Shown here piece by piece: positions 1 to 10,931 of a stretch of DNA of 64,000 nt (the first letter of the stretch is position 1; each line of letters begins with the position of its first letter). The DNA comes from Thermodesulfobacteriota bacterium (GTDB lineage: Bacteria; Desulfobacterota; Desulfobacteria; Desulfobacterales; C00003060). The notes under the pieces are model-generated. The model was not told where the DNA came from and ran no database searches. It was given only the letters and a program-made list of their open reading frames with translations. Where the stretch lies: the NCBI GenBank assembly GCA_034189385.1, contig JAXHVD010000020.1, forward strand, positions 1-64,000. The letters are read 5' to 3'. A program made the position numbers and the translations under genes.

Positions 1-40
1 GTTGTGAATCCACTCCATGATCCTGCGTGTCTGTCATCAT
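1..40 (-). CDS. N-terminus of an unidentified gene running off the left edge (MMTDTQDHGVDSQ...)
   Basis: AGGAGG RBS (reverse complement of 45-50) followed by ATG ATG at 40/37; frame is open to the window edge. Confidence 0.55.
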   Translation of the reverse strand, partial: MMTDTQDHGVDSQ

Positions 41-279
41 CGCACCTCCTCAAAAAAGAATCAGTGCTCAACATGACACGCATCCATGGGCTTGTGAAGA
101 TGGGGTTGGTTGGACGCTTACGATGTTCGCCCAGATAGAATCAAGACCAGAAGCATGCCAACTAAAAGCGGCAGACATTTCCAGCGTTTCATACTTGCCT
201 ATCTTCCCCCAACATTGATTCTTTTAGAAGACTCACTTTGGGATTTAGCAATAGCGTAATCAACTAAGCCCGTTCTTAC

Positions 280-295
280 AGCACAAAGTATACCA
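280..295 (-). promoter_or_regulatory. sigma54-type -24/-12 promoter
   Basis: Minus strand TGGTATACTTTGTGCT has exact GG-N10-GC spacing and points toward the left-edge gene; AT-rich sequence upstream. Confidence 0.45.
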
Positions 296-330
296 CATAA
301 CTTTTGACTTAATTACAGAAAGTTAGCTAG

Positions 331-360
331 AACACATGTGGAAACATGTGGAAACATATC
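331..360. repeat. 10-bp tandem repeat, about 3 copies
   Basis: aacacatgtg gaaacatgtg gaaacatatc. Confidence 0.6.
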
Positions 361-1093
361 GAAGATTTATACCAAGTAATGGCAAAAGAATCTACTTCCG
401 AAATGGCCGACATCACTATTATTAAGAGCACACCAAAAATCCCCTGTCAAAGCTCAAAGATATTCGACGACTGTTTGTCCTTTGGCGGCAATGAACCTTT
501 CCTGCCAAGAGATAACATATATAGAATGCAAGGGTTTGTAAAGAATATCCAAGCTTTCATGTGTATTTTGCCAGGACCGCTATTCAGTTGATTCCTATAA
601 ATGCAAATGTGTGTTTAGCTTTTTTATAAACCTATTAGGCTAGTTATCTAAAGTGATGCTTGAACCGATTAAGCGAGTGCATTCCCCGTAGATTGCTGCG
701 GGGTTAGCGAGCGTATACAAAATGAGACATATTCCTTACGGTCGAAGATTCCCTGCAGCTTGCTGCTGGGTCTTGAATAAAAACTGAGACGGCCTTTTAG
801 AGGCTGGCCGCCAAAGGGGCCTCCGAGATGGAAAGGGACTGATAGCATCGGCAGGGCGACCATAGCACCACCTTTGAAGCGTCCCTGACATAATGTTTAA
901 TGCAGGCGCTGCTTTCGGCCGGTGGTTCTGGGGGCGAACACCTGGTTGACATCCTTCTGCGACTTATTGTAGGGTGACGATTCAGCGTTTAGCGTTGGCA
1001 AAGGATTAGAAGGCCCGCAGGCCAATGACCGGGGCAGGGCCGAGAGGGGTATGGCCAGCGCTGGATCATTTTCATGAGGAAAAGGAGAACTTG

Positions 1094-1426
1094 GTGATGG
1101 GAAAGAAGGAAAAGGAGAAAAAGGAAAAGCCTCTGGATCGAATGACAGCCAAAGAGCTCAGGGATGTTGCGCTGGAGATTCCTGAAATGACCGGCGTTCA
1201 TGGGATGAACAAGGCTGAACTGCTCGCCGGCATCAAGAAGGCCCGGGGGATTGTAGATGAAAAGAAGAGGAAGAAGTCTGACGTATCCATGAGGGAGATC
1301 AAGAAGAAGATTCAGGACTTGAAGGCGCAGAAGGGCCAGGCTCTTGAGAGCCATGACAAGGCCCAGGCCAATATGCTAAGACGCCGCATCAGTCGCCTCA
1401 AGAAAAAGACGCGAAGAGCCGCCTAA
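1094..1426 (+). CDS. Small basic protein with a Rho-N-terminal-like helix-extension-helix domain
   Basis: LDRMTAKELRDVALEIPEMTGVHGMNKAELLAGI motif and Lys/Arg-rich coiled-coil tail; AAGGAG at 1082-1087 favours a start at 1094/1097. Confidence 0.7.
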   Translation: MMGKKEKEKKEKPLDRMTAKELRDVALEIPEMTGVHGMNKAELLAGIKKARGIVDEKKRKKSDVSMREIKKKIQDLKAQKGQALESHDKAQANMLRRRISRLKKKTRRAA

Positions 1427-1437
1427 GACCAGACCCC

Positions 1438-2013
1438 ATGATCAGACCTGGGCAGATAGGTTTTGACATAGACGGTGTGTTTGCCAATACCATGGCGCTC
1501 TTTCTGGAAATTGCCAGAAGGGATTACGGCATTAACCATGTGAGATATGATGACATCACGCAGTACTTCCTGGAGGACTGCCTGGATATTGAGCCGGACC
1601 TTATTAAGGAGATCATCAACAGGATCTTGCAAGGAGACTTTGAGACAGAGCTTAAACCCATAAAGGGCTCTGTGGAGGTACTTTCCGAGTTGGCTTACAA
1701 GGGGCCGCTTCTTTTTGTGACCGCTCGTCCCACGCTTTTACCCATCAAGGCGTGGGTGGAACAGACCCTTCCAAAGTCATCATTTCCTATTGAAGTAGTG
1801 GCCACAGGCACCTTTGAGGCAAAGGCCGATGCGCTGAAGGCCCGGGGTGTGGATTTTTTTGTGGATGACTACCTTGAGATCTGTTTCATGTTAGACGAAC
1901 AAGGTCTGTCTCCTATCCTTTTTCGCCAACCCTGGAACAGATTCTCCCATCCTTTCCGTGAGGTCACCGATTGGGCTGAGATCAGGGACTTGATCGATCT
2001 CTCTCCTTCCTAG
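1438..2013 (+). CDS. HAD-superfamily hydrolase (5'(3')-nucleotidase-like)
   Basis: FDIDGV motif I, VTAR motif II, FVDD motif IV. Confidence 0.8.
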   Translation: MIRPGQIGFDIDGVFANTMALFLEIARRDYGINHVRYDDITQYFLEDCLDIEPDLIKEIINRILQGDFETELKPIKGSVEVLSELAYKGPLLFVTARPTLLPIKAWVEQTLPKSSFPIEVVATGTFEAKADALKARGVDFFVDDYLEICFMLDEQGLSPILFRQPWNRFSHPFREVTDWAEIRDLIDLSPS

Positions 2014-2030
2014 TCTCCCGAAGTTTTTTG

Positions 2031-2058
2031 TTGATTAATCAAAGCAGTGTGTTACATT
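2031..2058 (+). promoter_or_regulatory. Putative sigma70 promoter upstream of xerC-hslVU-arg
   Basis: TTGATT-N16-TACATT with a TGn extended -10. Confidence 0.4.
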
Positions 2059-2238
2059 TATAGTTTTTTTGAGCAGTTGGTTCCGCACAGGGGAAGTCCT
2101 CAATCAGTTTGGGCAAAGCTCCTAAGGTTAAGTCGGCCGACAGGCAGTTGAACCACCTGTCACCTTAGATTTTTAAGCAGTCACTACACTGGCAAAGTTC
2201 CTTTAGGTCATTGTCAAGGGAGGCACACAAGGCCAGTC

Positions 2239-3141
2239 ATGAGAGGGTGGATCGACACGTTTATAGAAACCCTTTCAACGGAAAAGGGTTTTTCCAAGCA
2301 CACCTGCCGAGCGTACCGGAGAGACGTGGAGCAGCTTTTCGCCTATCTTCGTGAACAGGGTAGGGGGGGCGACACAGGGCCCGAGATTGATGAGGTGGAT
2401 GAGCTCATGATCCGGTCCTATTTGGGCTTCTTGCATGGAAGATATGCAAAGACAACGATTGCCAGAAAACTCTCTGCCTTCAGGTCTTTCTTCCGATTTT
2501 TGGTCAAAAGGGGTGCCATTGAAAGAAACCCTGCTGAAATGGTCTTGACTCCTAAACGGGGACGACCAGTGCCCCGCTATTTGTCCGTTGATGAGACTTT
2601 CCGTCTCTTGGACGGACTAACAGGGGACTCGGTCCTTGCTTTGCGGAATCGAGCGATTCTGGAAGTGCTCTATTCCACGGGCCTGAGGGTGGGGGAACTC
2701 GTGGCCATGGACGTAAAGGACGTGGATTTTGAGGGGGGCCTGGTCAGGGTCTTGGGCAAGGGGAATAAGGAGCGCCTCTCACCTGTGGGCAAGAACGCGC
2801 TACGTTGTGTGCGGGCCTATTTGGAGAAGAGGCGTCTTAAGAAAAAGATCGGTGAAGGGGGAAGTGAGCCCTTGTTTCTGAACAGACTGGGTGGACGTTT
2901 GAGTGCCCGCTCCGTTGGAAGGCTCTTGGACAAGGTGATTCGGCAACTGGGCTTGGCGCGGCCGATTACACCCCATGGACTCCGTCACACCTTTGCCACC
3001 CATCTCCTTGATGCTGGAGCGGATCTGCGCATGGTTCAAGAGTTGCTGGGTCACGCAAGCTTGACCACGACTCAAAGGTATACCCATGTGAGTATAGACC
3101 GGTTGACGGAGGTCTATGATCGGGCACATCCGAGGAAGTAA
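2239..3141 (+). CDS. xerC: Tyrosine recombinase XerC
   Basis: LYSTGLRVGEL, GKGNKER, HGLRHTFATHLL, LLGHASLTTTQRY; xerC-hslVU synteny. Confidence 0.93.
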   Translation: MRGWIDTFIETLSTEKGFSKHTCRAYRRDVEQLFAYLREQGRGGDTGPEIDEVDELMIRSYLGFLHGRYAKTTIARKLSAFRSFFRFLVKRGAIERNPAEMVLTPKRGRPVPRYLSVDETFRLLDGLTGDSVLALRNRAILEVLYSTGLRVGELVAMDVKDVDFEGGLVRVLGKGNKERLSPVGKNALRCVRAYLEKRRLKKKIGEGGSEPLFLNRLGGRLSARSVGRLLDKVIRQLGLARPITPHGLRHTFATHLLDAGADLRMVQELLGHASLTTTQRYTHVSIDRLTEVYDRAHPRK

Positions 3142-3185
3142 GAGAGGGGCACTTTAGGGCACTTTCTTTGTTTGGGAGATCTGCA

Positions 3186-3734
3186 ATGAACAGAACAGAG
3201 ACGAACCTTCGTGGGACCACCATTCTGGCCGTGCGGCGGGGCCATCATGTGGCCTTGGCAGGGGATGGTCAGGTGACCATGAAGGAGACGGTCATGAAAC
3301 ACCGGGCCAGAAAGGTTCGCAGGATATATCAAGACAAGATCATCGTTGGGTTTGCTGGTGCCACAGCCGATGCCCTGAATCTTTATGAGCGCTTTGAGGG
3401 GAAGCTTGAGCAGTTCAACGGAAATCTGACCCGTTCGGCCGTAGAGCTAGCCAAGGACTGGAGAAAAGACAAGTACTTAAGGCGCCTGGAAGCGCTTTTG
3501 GTTGCCGTGGATTCGGATCACATGTTTCTTATATCTGGAAATGGCGATGTGATTGAGCCAGACGAGGGGGTCATGGGAATCGGTTCTGGAGGGGCTTATG
3601 CCCAAGCTGCGGCCACAGCTCTTATGCGCTACACGGAGATGGACGCGAGGGCCATTGTGGATGGTGCCATGAAGATTGCAGCTTCCCTATGTGTCTACAC
3701 CAATGAAGAAACGACCGTTGAAGAGATAAAGTGA
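3186..3734 (+). CDS. hslV: ATP-dependent protease peptidase subunit HslV
   Basis: [28 protein letters not shown]. Confidence 0.97.
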   Translation: MNRTETNLRGTTILAVRRGHHVALAGDGQVTMKETVMKHRARKVRRIYQDKIIVGFAGATADALNLYERFEGKLEQFNGNLTRSAVELAKDWRKDKYLRRLEALLVAVDSDHMFLISGNGDVIEPDEGVMGIGSGGAYAQAAATALMRYTEMDARAIVDGAMKIAASLCVYTNEETTVEEIK

Positions 3735-3768
3735 GTTCGGGGAAAGACGTGATGTCAGAGGAGCACCT

Positions 3769-5142
3769 ATGAAGAAGTTGACACCTCGGGAAATCGTGTC
3801 AGCCTTAGACAAGTACATCATCAGCCAGAAGGATGCCAAGCGCTCTGTGGCCATTGCCCTGAGGAATCGGTGGCGCCGGAGACAAGTGCCGGAAGACTTG
3901 CGAGACGAGATCGCCCCAAAGAATATTATTCTGATTGGCCCCACAGGGGTTGGCAAGACAGAGATTGCAAGACGTTTGGCCCGCTTGGCTGATTCTCCTT
4001 TCTTAAAGATCGAGGCCTCAAAGTTTACGGAGGTAGGATACGTGGGCCGGGATGTGGAGTCCATGATCCGCGACCTCATGGAGTTGGCCGTGAGCATGGT
4101 GAAATCCCAGGAGCGGGAGGCCGTGAAACTGAAGGCCCAGGGCATTGCCGAGGAGCGGATCCTGGACATTCTTCTTCCGCCCAAACAAGAGCCGGAGGAA
4201 AAAGAAGAGGGCGAGAGCGAAGACAAGCCATTGGAATTAGTCAGGATGAATAGTCCTGAGCCGCTGTCCACCCGCGAGAAGATTCGGAAGATGCTCCGTG
4301 AAGGCAAACTTGACAATCGGTATGTGGACCTGGAAGTGGCGGAGCGGCCCATGCCGGTAGTGGAGATATTTTCCAGCGTGGGGCTCGAGGAGATGGATGT
4401 GAACCTCAAGGACATGTTTGGCAGCATGTTTCCCCAGAAGACGAAGAAACGGAAGGTCAAAGTCCCAGAGGCCATTGACATTCTCACCCAGGAAGAGGCT
4501 CAACGACTCGTGGATATGGATAAGGTGGTAAAACGGGCCATTACGAAGGTGGAGCAAACAGGCATCATCTTCCTTGATGAGATAGACAAGATTACCGGAA
4601 GGGAAGGGGGCCACGGCCCGGACGTATCGAGAGAGGGTGTCCAACGGGACCTTCTTCCTATTGTCGAGGGCTGTACCGTGACGACGAAGTACGGCATGGT
4701 GAAGACAGACCATATTCTATTCATTGCTTCAGGGGCCTTTCATACCTGCAAGCCCTCTGATCTGGTTCCGGAGTTGCAAGGACGGTTTCCCATTAGGGTG
4801 GAATTGAAATCTCTTGGCAAAGAGGAGTTTGTGAGAATCTTGACGGAGCCCAAGAACGCCCTGGTGCTTCAATATGAGGCGTTGCTCAAGACAGAGGGTA
4901 TGGACCTCACATTTGAAGACGAGGCCATTTCTGCCATTGCAGAGATTGCGACGGAGGTCAACAGCCGTACAGAGAACATAGGGGCAAGGAGACTGCACAC
5001 GGTCATGGAGAGGCTCCTTGACGAGATCCTCTTTGACGCCCCTGACATGGTGGAACGAACGATCACCATTGATGCCGAATACGTGTATGCAAAACTGAAA
5101 GACATCAAAGAGGACGAGGACCTGAGTCGATACATCCTGTAG
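3769..5142 (+). CDS. hslU: ATP-dependent protease ATPase subunit HslU
   Basis: [25 protein letters not shown]-terminal DLSRYIL. Confidence 0.98.
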   Translation: MKKLTPREIVSALDKYIISQKDAKRSVAIALRNRWRRRQVPEDLRDEIAPKNIILIGPTGVGKTEIARRLARLADSPFLKIEASKFTEVGYVGRDVESMIRDLMELAVSMVKSQEREAVKLKAQGIAEERILDILLPPKQEPEEKEEGESEDKPLELVRMNSPEPLSTREKIRKMLREGKLDNRYVDLEVAERPMPVVEIFSSVGLEEMDVNLKDMFGSMFPQKTKKRKVKVPEAIDILTQEEAQRLVDMDKVVKRAITKVEQTGIIFLDEIDKITGREGGHGPDVSREGVQRDLLPIVEGCTVTTKYGMVKTDHILFIASGAFHTCKPSDLVPELQGRFPIRVELKSLGKEEFVRILTEPKNALVLQYEALLKTEGMDLTFEDEAISAIAEIATEVNSRTENIGARRLHTVMERLLDEILFDAPDMVERTITIDAEYVYAKLKDIKEDEDLSRYIL

Positions 5143-5163
5143 GAAGGGGGCGGCGCAGTCCCC

Positions 5164-5184
5164 AGTAACGAGTGACAGGTAAGA
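5164..5184. repeat. Short 7-bp-period array (RGTRACR-like)
   Basis: agtaacg agtgaca ggtaaga between hslU and argB; same unit as 12647-12696. Confidence 0.45.
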
Positions 5185-5185
5185 A

Positions 5186-6061
5186 ATGAAACGCAGCGTA
5201 GCAGACATACTCATTGAGGCCCTTCCTTACATACGTCGCTTTTATGGAAAGACGATCGTCGTAAAATACGGCGGCCACGCTATGGTAGACGACGGCCTCA
5301 AAGAAGATTTTGCCCGTGACATTACGTTGCTGAAGTTTGTAGGCCTTCACCCGGTGGTGGTCCACGGCGGCGGGCCGCAGATTGGATCGGTCCTGGACAA
5401 GATGGGGATGTCGTCCCAGTTCGTCAGTGGCCTGCGGGTGACAGATGGCCCCACCATGGACGTGGTGGAGATGGTGCTCGTGGGCAATGTCAACAAGGAG
5501 ATCGTGGCCCAGATCATCCAACAGGGCGGCAAGGCCGTGGGCTTAAGTGGTAAAGATGGAGGACTGATTCTTGCTAAAAAACTGCATCTGTTGCGTTCAC
5601 AGTCCCAAGACGAGCCTCCTGAAATCATAGACATGGGCATGGTGGGCGAGGTTGCAGGCGTAAACCCAGAGATCATCCAGACCCTGGAGGACGGAGGCTT
5701 TATCCCGGTCATCGCGCCAGTGGGGGTTGGTGGGTCCGGTGAGACTTACAACATCAATGCGGACTGGGTTGCCAGCAAGATTGCCGTGGCGCTCAATGCC
5801 ATTAAGCTGATTTTGCTCACAGACGTGGAAGGGGTCATGGACGAGAGTGGCGCCCTCATCTCTTCTGCCACGGCAGAGGTCGCGGAGAAACTCCTGAGCA
5901 ACGGTGCCATCTCAGGGGGCATGATTCCTAAGATGGAATGTGCCTTGGAGGCCATTCAAAATGGTGTCAAGAGGGTACACGTGATTGATGGCCGCAACCC
6001 ACATGCTGTGCTCCTTGAGCTTTTTACAGACAGGGGGATAGGAACGGAGATCAGTGAGTAA
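5186..6061 (+). CDS. argB: Acetylglutamate kinase
   Basis: [29 protein letters not shown]. Confidence 0.97.
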   Translation: MKRSVADILIEALPYIRRFYGKTIVVKYGGHAMVDDGLKEDFARDITLLKFVGLHPVVVHGGGPQIGSVLDKMGMSSQFVSGLRVTDGPTMDVVEMVLVGNVNKEIVAQIIQQGGKAVGLSGKDGGLILAKKLHLLRSQSQDEPPEIIDMGMVGEVAGVNPEIIQTLEDGGFIPVIAPVGVGGSGETYNINADWVASKIAVALNAIKLILLTDVEGVMDESGALISSATAEVAEKLLSNGAISGGMIPKMECALEAIQNGVKRVHVIDGRNPHAVLLELFTDRGIGTEISE

Positions 6062-6069
6062 GTGAGTAA

Positions 6070-7299
6070 ATGACGGACGAAAAGAGACAACCGATGAAAA
6101 GTGACAAGATCATGGAAAAGGCAGATCGTCTCATGGCTGCCACCTATAGCCGTGTGCCCATCGTGATCACAGAGGGCAAGGGATGTATGCTCAAAGATGC
6201 AGAGGGCCGGACCTATACGGATTTTGTTGCCGGCATTGCAGTATGCAGCCTGGGGCACGCCCATGACGGAATTGCCGAGGCAGTGGCAGATCAGGCGCAC
6301 CGTTTGGTGCATGTATCAAATCTCTATTACACGGAACCGCAAATCGAGTTGGCCCAATTGCTCATTGAGCATTCCTTTGCCGACCGGGTCTTCTTTTGCA
6401 ACAGCGGGGCCGAGGCAAATGAGGCGGCCATCAAACTCGCAAGGAAATATTTCAAGGATCGCCAATGCCCGGAGAAGTTCCGGATCATTACCATGGATGG
6501 CTCTTTTCATGGCCGTACCATGGCGACTCTAGCGGCCACAGGTCAGGCCAAGATCCGGAAGGGGTTTGATCCCCTATTGGACGGTTTTGACATCGTGCCC
6601 TTCAATGATCTGGAGGCGGTCCGCGAGGCCATTACGAAAGAGACCTGCGCAGTCATGCTGGAACCGATCCAAGGAGAAGGAGGTGTCCAATGTCCGGACC
6701 AGGGATACCTGCCGCGTCTGCGGGAGCTCTGTGACAGAGAAGGGCTCCTTCTTATTTTTGATGAGGTTCAAACGGGGATGGGTCGGACAGGACGGCTCTT
6801 TGCTCACGAACACTTTGAAACGGCACCTGACATCATGGCCCTGGCCAAGGCCCTGGCCAACGGGCTCCCCATGGGGGCCATGCTGGCTAAAGAGGAGGTG
6901 GCCCAAGCCTTTACGCCGGGATCTCATGCCTCCACCTTTGGAGGGACCCCCTTGGTTTCTGCTGCAGCCGTGAAGGTCGTCAGAACCCTTCTGGACGAAG
7001 GGATCCTTGAAAACTGCAAAAGAGTGGGCGAATACTTTAGGGAGCGACTCCGAGGCCTGAAACAGAAATACCACTTCGTTCGCGAGGTGAGGGGTAAGGG
7101 GCTCATGATCGGCCTAGACCTTACTTGCAATGGCGCTTCTGTTGTAAAGGGGTGCATGGAGAGAGGTTTCTTGATTAACTGCACACAGGACCATATCCTG
7201 CGATTTGTTCCTCCGCTGATTATTCAGGAAAGAGAGGTAGACCCACTCATCGCGTGCCTGGACGCCCTTTTTGCGAAAATGACGGACGGAAAGCCATGA
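6070..7299 (+). CDS. argD: Acetylornithine aminotransferase
   Basis: NSGAEANE, FHGRT, DEVQTGMGRTG, PLP lysine in ALAKAL; arg operon context. Confidence 0.95.
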   Translation: MTDEKRQPMKSDKIMEKADRLMAATYSRVPIVITEGKGCMLKDAEGRTYTDFVAGIAVCSLGHAHDGIAEAVADQAHRLVHVSNLYYTEPQIELAQLLIEHSFADRVFFCNSGAEANEAAIKLARKYFKDRQCPEKFRIITMDGSFHGRTMATLAATGQAKIRKGFDPLLDGFDIVPFNDLEAVREAITKETCAVMLEPIQGEGGVQCPDQGYLPRLRELCDREGLLLIFDEVQTGMGRTGRLFAHEHFETAPDIMALAKALANGLPMGAMLAKEEVAQAFTPGSHASTFGGTPLVSAAAVKVVRTLLDEGILENCKRVGEYFRERLRGLKQKYHFVREVRGKGLMIGLDLTCNGASVVKGCMERGFLINCTQDHILRFVPPLIIQEREVDPLIACLDALFAKMTDGKP

Positions 7300-8213
7300 A
7301 ACAAGACCTCGTCACCCTTAGGGATCTAAACGCCGATGATTTTGAGGCCCTTTTTGCACGGTCCATTGAGTTGAAAGCCCGTTATCAGGCAAAGATCCCA
7401 GACCAACCCCTTGCGGGGAAAACCCTAGGCCTCATCTTTGATAAGGCGTCGACTAGGACCCGGGTCTCCTTTGAGGCGGCCATGAGTCAACTTGGAGGCG
7501 TCTCTCTTTTTTTGAATGCTAGAGATACTCAACTGATTCGAAATGAACCTATTGCCGACACAGCCCGAGTCCTGGCCAGGTACTTAGACGGCCTGGTGGT
7601 CCGAACCTATTCCCAGGATCTCCTTCAAGAATTGGCGGCAGAAGCCTCCATTCCTGTGATCAACGGACTTACTGATTTGTATCATCCCTGCCAGGTGCTT
7701 AGCGACCTGATGACGATACTGGAGAGGAGGAGTAACCTGACAGCGCTCAAGATCGTGTGGGTGGGAGACGGCAACAACGTGGCCCACTCGTGGCTCAATG
7801 CGGCAGCTATCTTAGGGCTTCACTTGGTTCTTGCCTGTCCTGAAGAATACTATCCTAGAGAAGAGATTTTGGGACCTGCCGAAAGGGAGACAAAAGGTTC
7901 CATACAGATTCTTTCTGATCCGGAGGCGGCTGTTCGTGACGCAGACGTCATCTATACAGACGTCTGGGCCAGTATGGGGCAAGAAACCGAGTCCGGGCAC
8001 CGGAAAAAGATTTTCAGGCCTTATCAGGTGAATCAGACCTTGGTGGATTTGGCCAAGGATGATGTCATGGTGATGCACTGCCTGCCTGCCCACAGGGGTG
8101 AGGAGATTGCAGCCGATGTGCTGGAAGGAAAGCATTCCATCGTATGGGATCAGGCGGAAAACAAGATCCACATGCACAAAGCGATTTTAGAAAGGTGTAT
8201 GGGTGATGACTAG
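7296..8213 (+). CDS. argF: Ornithine carbamoyltransferase
   Basis: STRT, HPCQ, SMG and HCLP motifs; ATGA overlap with the argD stop. Confidence 0.97.
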   Translation: MKQDLVTLRDLNADDFEALFARSIELKARYQAKIPDQPLAGKTLGLIFDKASTRTRVSFEAAMSQLGGVSLFLNARDTQLIRNEPIADTARVLARYLDGLVVRTYSQDLLQELAAEASIPVINGLTDLYHPCQVLSDLMTILERRSNLTALKIVWVGDGNNVAHSWLNAAAILGLHLVLACPEEYYPREEILGPAERETKGSIQILSDPEAAVRDADVIYTDVWASMGQETESGHRKKIFRPYQVNQTLVDLAKDDVMVMHCLPAHRGEEIAADVLEGKHSIVWDQAENKIHMHKAILERCMGDD

Positions 8214-8237
8214 CATGGGAAGAGACGGGAGGTTCGC

Positions 8238-9452
8238 TTGTCAGGACAGATCAAGAAGATAGTATTGGCCTATTCTGGGGGCCTTGACACATCAGTCATT
8301 CTCAAATGGCTGGCAGAGACGTATGACTGCCCGGTGGTGGCCTTTGCAGCAGACATCGGCCAGGGAGAGGAGCTGGGTCAGCTGGAGGAAAAGGGCCTGA
8401 ATACTGGAGCTGAAGAAGTCGTCATTGAGGACTTAAGAGAGACCTTTGTACGGGACTATGTGTTTCCGGCCTTTCGGGCCAATGCCATCTATGAAGGTCA
8501 CTATCTGTTGGGGACCTCCCTTGCACGGCCCCTTATTGCCAAACGACAGGTTGAGCTTGCCCAGAACCGAGGTGCTAATGCAGTCAGTCACGGCGCCACA
8601 GGAAAAGGCAACGATCAGGTGCGCTTTGAGTTGACCTATCAGGCCTTGGCGCCTGACTTAAGGATCATTGCACCATGGCGGCAATGGTCATTGAATTCAC
8701 GTCAATCGCTTATGGAGTATGCCGGGGCCCACGGGATTCCAGTCCCGGCCACGCCGAAAAAGCCCTATAGTACGGATCGGAATCTGCTTCATGTCAGCTA
8801 TGAGGGGGGCATTTTGGAGGATCCCTGGGAGAGTGCACCTGATGACATATTCACCCTTTCCGTGTCTCCTCAAGATGCCCCGGACAGGCCGGAAGTTATA
8901 GAGATATCCTTTGCCCAGGGAAATCCAGTGGCCATCAATGATGAGCAACTGAGCCCCGCCGACATCCTTGCCAGGCTCAATGCCTTTGGCGGGAGAAACG
9001 GCATAGGCCGAATCGACCTCGTGGAAAACCGGTTTGTAGGAATGAAGTCGCGAGGGGTGTATGAGACGCCAGGAGGTACCATCCTGAGAACGGCCCATAT
9101 GGCCATGGAATCGATTACCATGGACCGAGAGGTCATGCATCTTCGCGATTCCCTGATCCCCAAATATGCCGAACTTGTCTATTATGGATTCTGGTTTTCC
9201 CCTGAAATGAAAGTCCTTCAGACAACCATTGACGAGACGCAAAAGGCCGTGTCCGGCACGGTGCGTCTGGAGCTTTACAAGGGAAACTGTAAGGTCCTGG
9301 GCCGAAAGTCAGACATATCCATGTACAGGAGTGATTTTGCTACCTTTGAATCGGACGAGGTGTATCGACAGCAAGATGCAGAGGGCTTTATCCGGCTCCA
9401 TGCACTGAGGCTCCGTATCCAAGCGCTCATGAAGAATCAAAAAGGGGCATAG
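8238..9452 (+). CDS. argG: Argininosuccinate synthase
   Basis: [24 protein letters not shown] start after GGAGG. Confidence 0.98.
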   Translation: MSGQIKKIVLAYSGGLDTSVILKWLAETYDCPVVAFAADIGQGEELGQLEEKGLNTGAEEVVIEDLRETFVRDYVFPAFRANAIYEGHYLLGTSLARPLIAKRQVELAQNRGANAVSHGATGKGNDQVRFELTYQALAPDLRIIAPWRQWSLNSRQSLMEYAGAHGIPVPATPKKPYSTDRNLLHVSYEGGILEDPWESAPDDIFTLSVSPQDAPDRPEVIEISFAQGNPVAINDEQLSPADILARLNAFGGRNGIGRIDLVENRFVGMKSRGVYETPGGTILRTAHMAMESITMDREVMHLRDSLIPKYAELVYYGFWFSPEMKVLQTTIDETQKAVSGTVRLELYKGNCKVLGRKSDISMYRSDFATFESDEVYRQQDAEGFIRLHALRLRIQALMKNQKGA

Positions 9453-9532
9453 GGCTGGCCAGAGTAACTCTGCAGCTGCATGGTGGAGGAGTTCAGGGGA
9501 ATCTTTTAGAGGAATGAAAACTGAGGTGTGCT

Positions 9533-10927
9533 GTGTCCAAGAAGTTGTGGGACGGAAGATTTAGAGAAGAGACAGATCAAAGTGTAGAGTCTTTTACTTC
9601 TTCCATTGCCTTTGATTGGCGACTCTATCGTTATGACATTGAGGGGAGCATCGCTCATTGCCGCATGCTTGCCAAGCAGTCTATCATTTCCCAGGAAGAG
9701 GCCTCCAGAATCATTGAAGGACTAAACGCCATAGGTAGAGACATAGAAGCCGGCACCTTTGCATTCGACGAGGCCCTAGAAGACATCCACATGAATATAG
9801 AGGCCCGTCTGACCTCAGACATAGGCCCTGTGGCACAGAAGCTTCATACGGCAAGGAGCCGCAACGATCAGGTGGCCTTGGACGTTCGCATGTATCTCCG
9901 CCAAGAGGTAGGCATGGTCTGTGAGAGGCTCACGGCCCTTCGTGGCGCCCTGGTGGCATTTGCAGAAAAAGAGATCGATGTGATCATGCCGGGATATACG
10001 CACCTTCGTCGTGCCCAACCTGTGCTGCTGTCTCATCACATCATGGCCTATTACGAGATGTTCACAAGAGACAGGGGCAGGTTCAAGGATGTCCTCAAGC
10101 GCGTCAATGTCATGCCTCTGGGCAGTGCCGCCTTGGCCGGCACGACCTATCCCATAGACATGGCATATACGGCTGACCTACTTCACTTTCCTAAAGTGTC
10201 GGCCAACAGCATGGATGCCGTGAGCAGTCGTGACTTCATCGTAGAGTTTCTGGCTGCGGCCAGTATCTGCATGGTCCATTTAAGTCGCTTCTCTGAAGAG
10301 CTCATCCTGTGGTCGTCAAGGGAGTTCGGCTTTGTGGACATCCCCGATGCCTTTGCTACTGGCAGCAGCATCATGCCGCAGAAGAAAAACCCTGATGTTT
10401 CAGAGTTGGTGAGAGGTAAGACTGGACGGGTGTTTGGAAGCTTAATCGCCCTGCTTACCATGATGAAGGGGTTGCCTCTGACCTACAATCGGGACATGCA
10501 GGAAGACAAGGAACCTCTCTTTGATGCAGTGGACACTGTAAAGGGGGCCCTGGAGGTGTACGAAAAACTGGTTCCCAGTTTGAAGGTGAACCGGCCAGCC
10601 ATGGAGGAGGCAGTCGCAAAGGGGTGGCTGAATGCCACGGATGTGGCTGACTACCTGGTGACCAAGGGGATGGCATTTAGGCAGGCACACCGATGTGTTG
10701 GAGAGTTGGTCCTCCATGCCACGGAGCAAGGCAAGGAACTCCATGAGCTGTCGCTAGAGGCGTTTAAGGGCTTTTCAGAACTGTTCTCAGAAGACATCTT
10801 TGCACTTCTCACGCCTGAACAGATGGTCAACAGACGTCTTTCAACAGGAGGTACGGCCAGAAAGAGCGTGGTCCGTGCCGTCAAAGACGCAAAGAAGATC
10901 CTTGCCAAAGAGGCAGCAGAGGGCTGA
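9533..10927 (+). CDS. argH: Argininosuccinate lyase
   Basis: HTARSRNDQ, GSSIMPQKKNPD. Confidence 0.98.
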   Translation: MSKKLWDGRFREETDQSVESFTSSIAFDWRLYRYDIEGSIAHCRMLAKQSIISQEEASRIIEGLNAIGRDIEAGTFAFDEALEDIHMNIEARLTSDIGPVAQKLHTARSRNDQVALDVRMYLRQEVGMVCERLTALRGALVAFAEKEIDVIMPGYTHLRRAQPVLLSHHIMAYYEMFTRDRGRFKDVLKRVNVMPLGSAALAGTTYPIDMAYTADLLHFPKVSANSMDAVSSRDFIVEFLAAASICMVHLSRFSEELILWSSREFGFVDIPDAFATGSSIMPQKKNPDVSELVRGKTGRVFGSLIALLTMMKGLPLTYNRDMQEDKEPLFDAVDTVKGALEVYEKLVPSLKVNRPAMEEAVAKGWLNATDVADYLVTKGMAFRQAHRCVGELVLHATEQGKELHELSLEAFKGFSELFSEDIFALLTPEQMVNRRLSTGGTARKSVVRAVKDAKKILAKEAAEG

Positions 10928-10931
10928 GGCC

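Noticed and set aside
346..863. ORFs 346-591 (+) and 669-863 (-)
   Set aside because: No RBS or recognisable motif; they lie in a regulatory-looking intergenic region between divergent genes
884..906. dif-like site (CATAATGT)
   Set aside because: Only a partial left-arm resemblance; the XerD arm TTATGTTAAAT is absent
2085..2160. c-di-GMP-I (GEMM) riboswitch or 6S RNA
   Set aside because: GCACAGGG and GCAAAGC words are present, but the GNRA-capped P2 stem and receptor are missing; 6S-type central bubble and gene context are not evident
2239..3141. Phage or integron integrase marking a mobile element
   Set aside because: Length, motifs and xerC-hslVU-argB synteny fit housekeeping XerC; no IntI-type insertion, att sites or cargo seen
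3687..4487. Long antisense or alternate-frame ORFs (e.g. 266 aa here, 19400-20047, 20609-21319, 55764-56402)
   Set aside because: Shadows of well-supported genes, with no motifs or RBS
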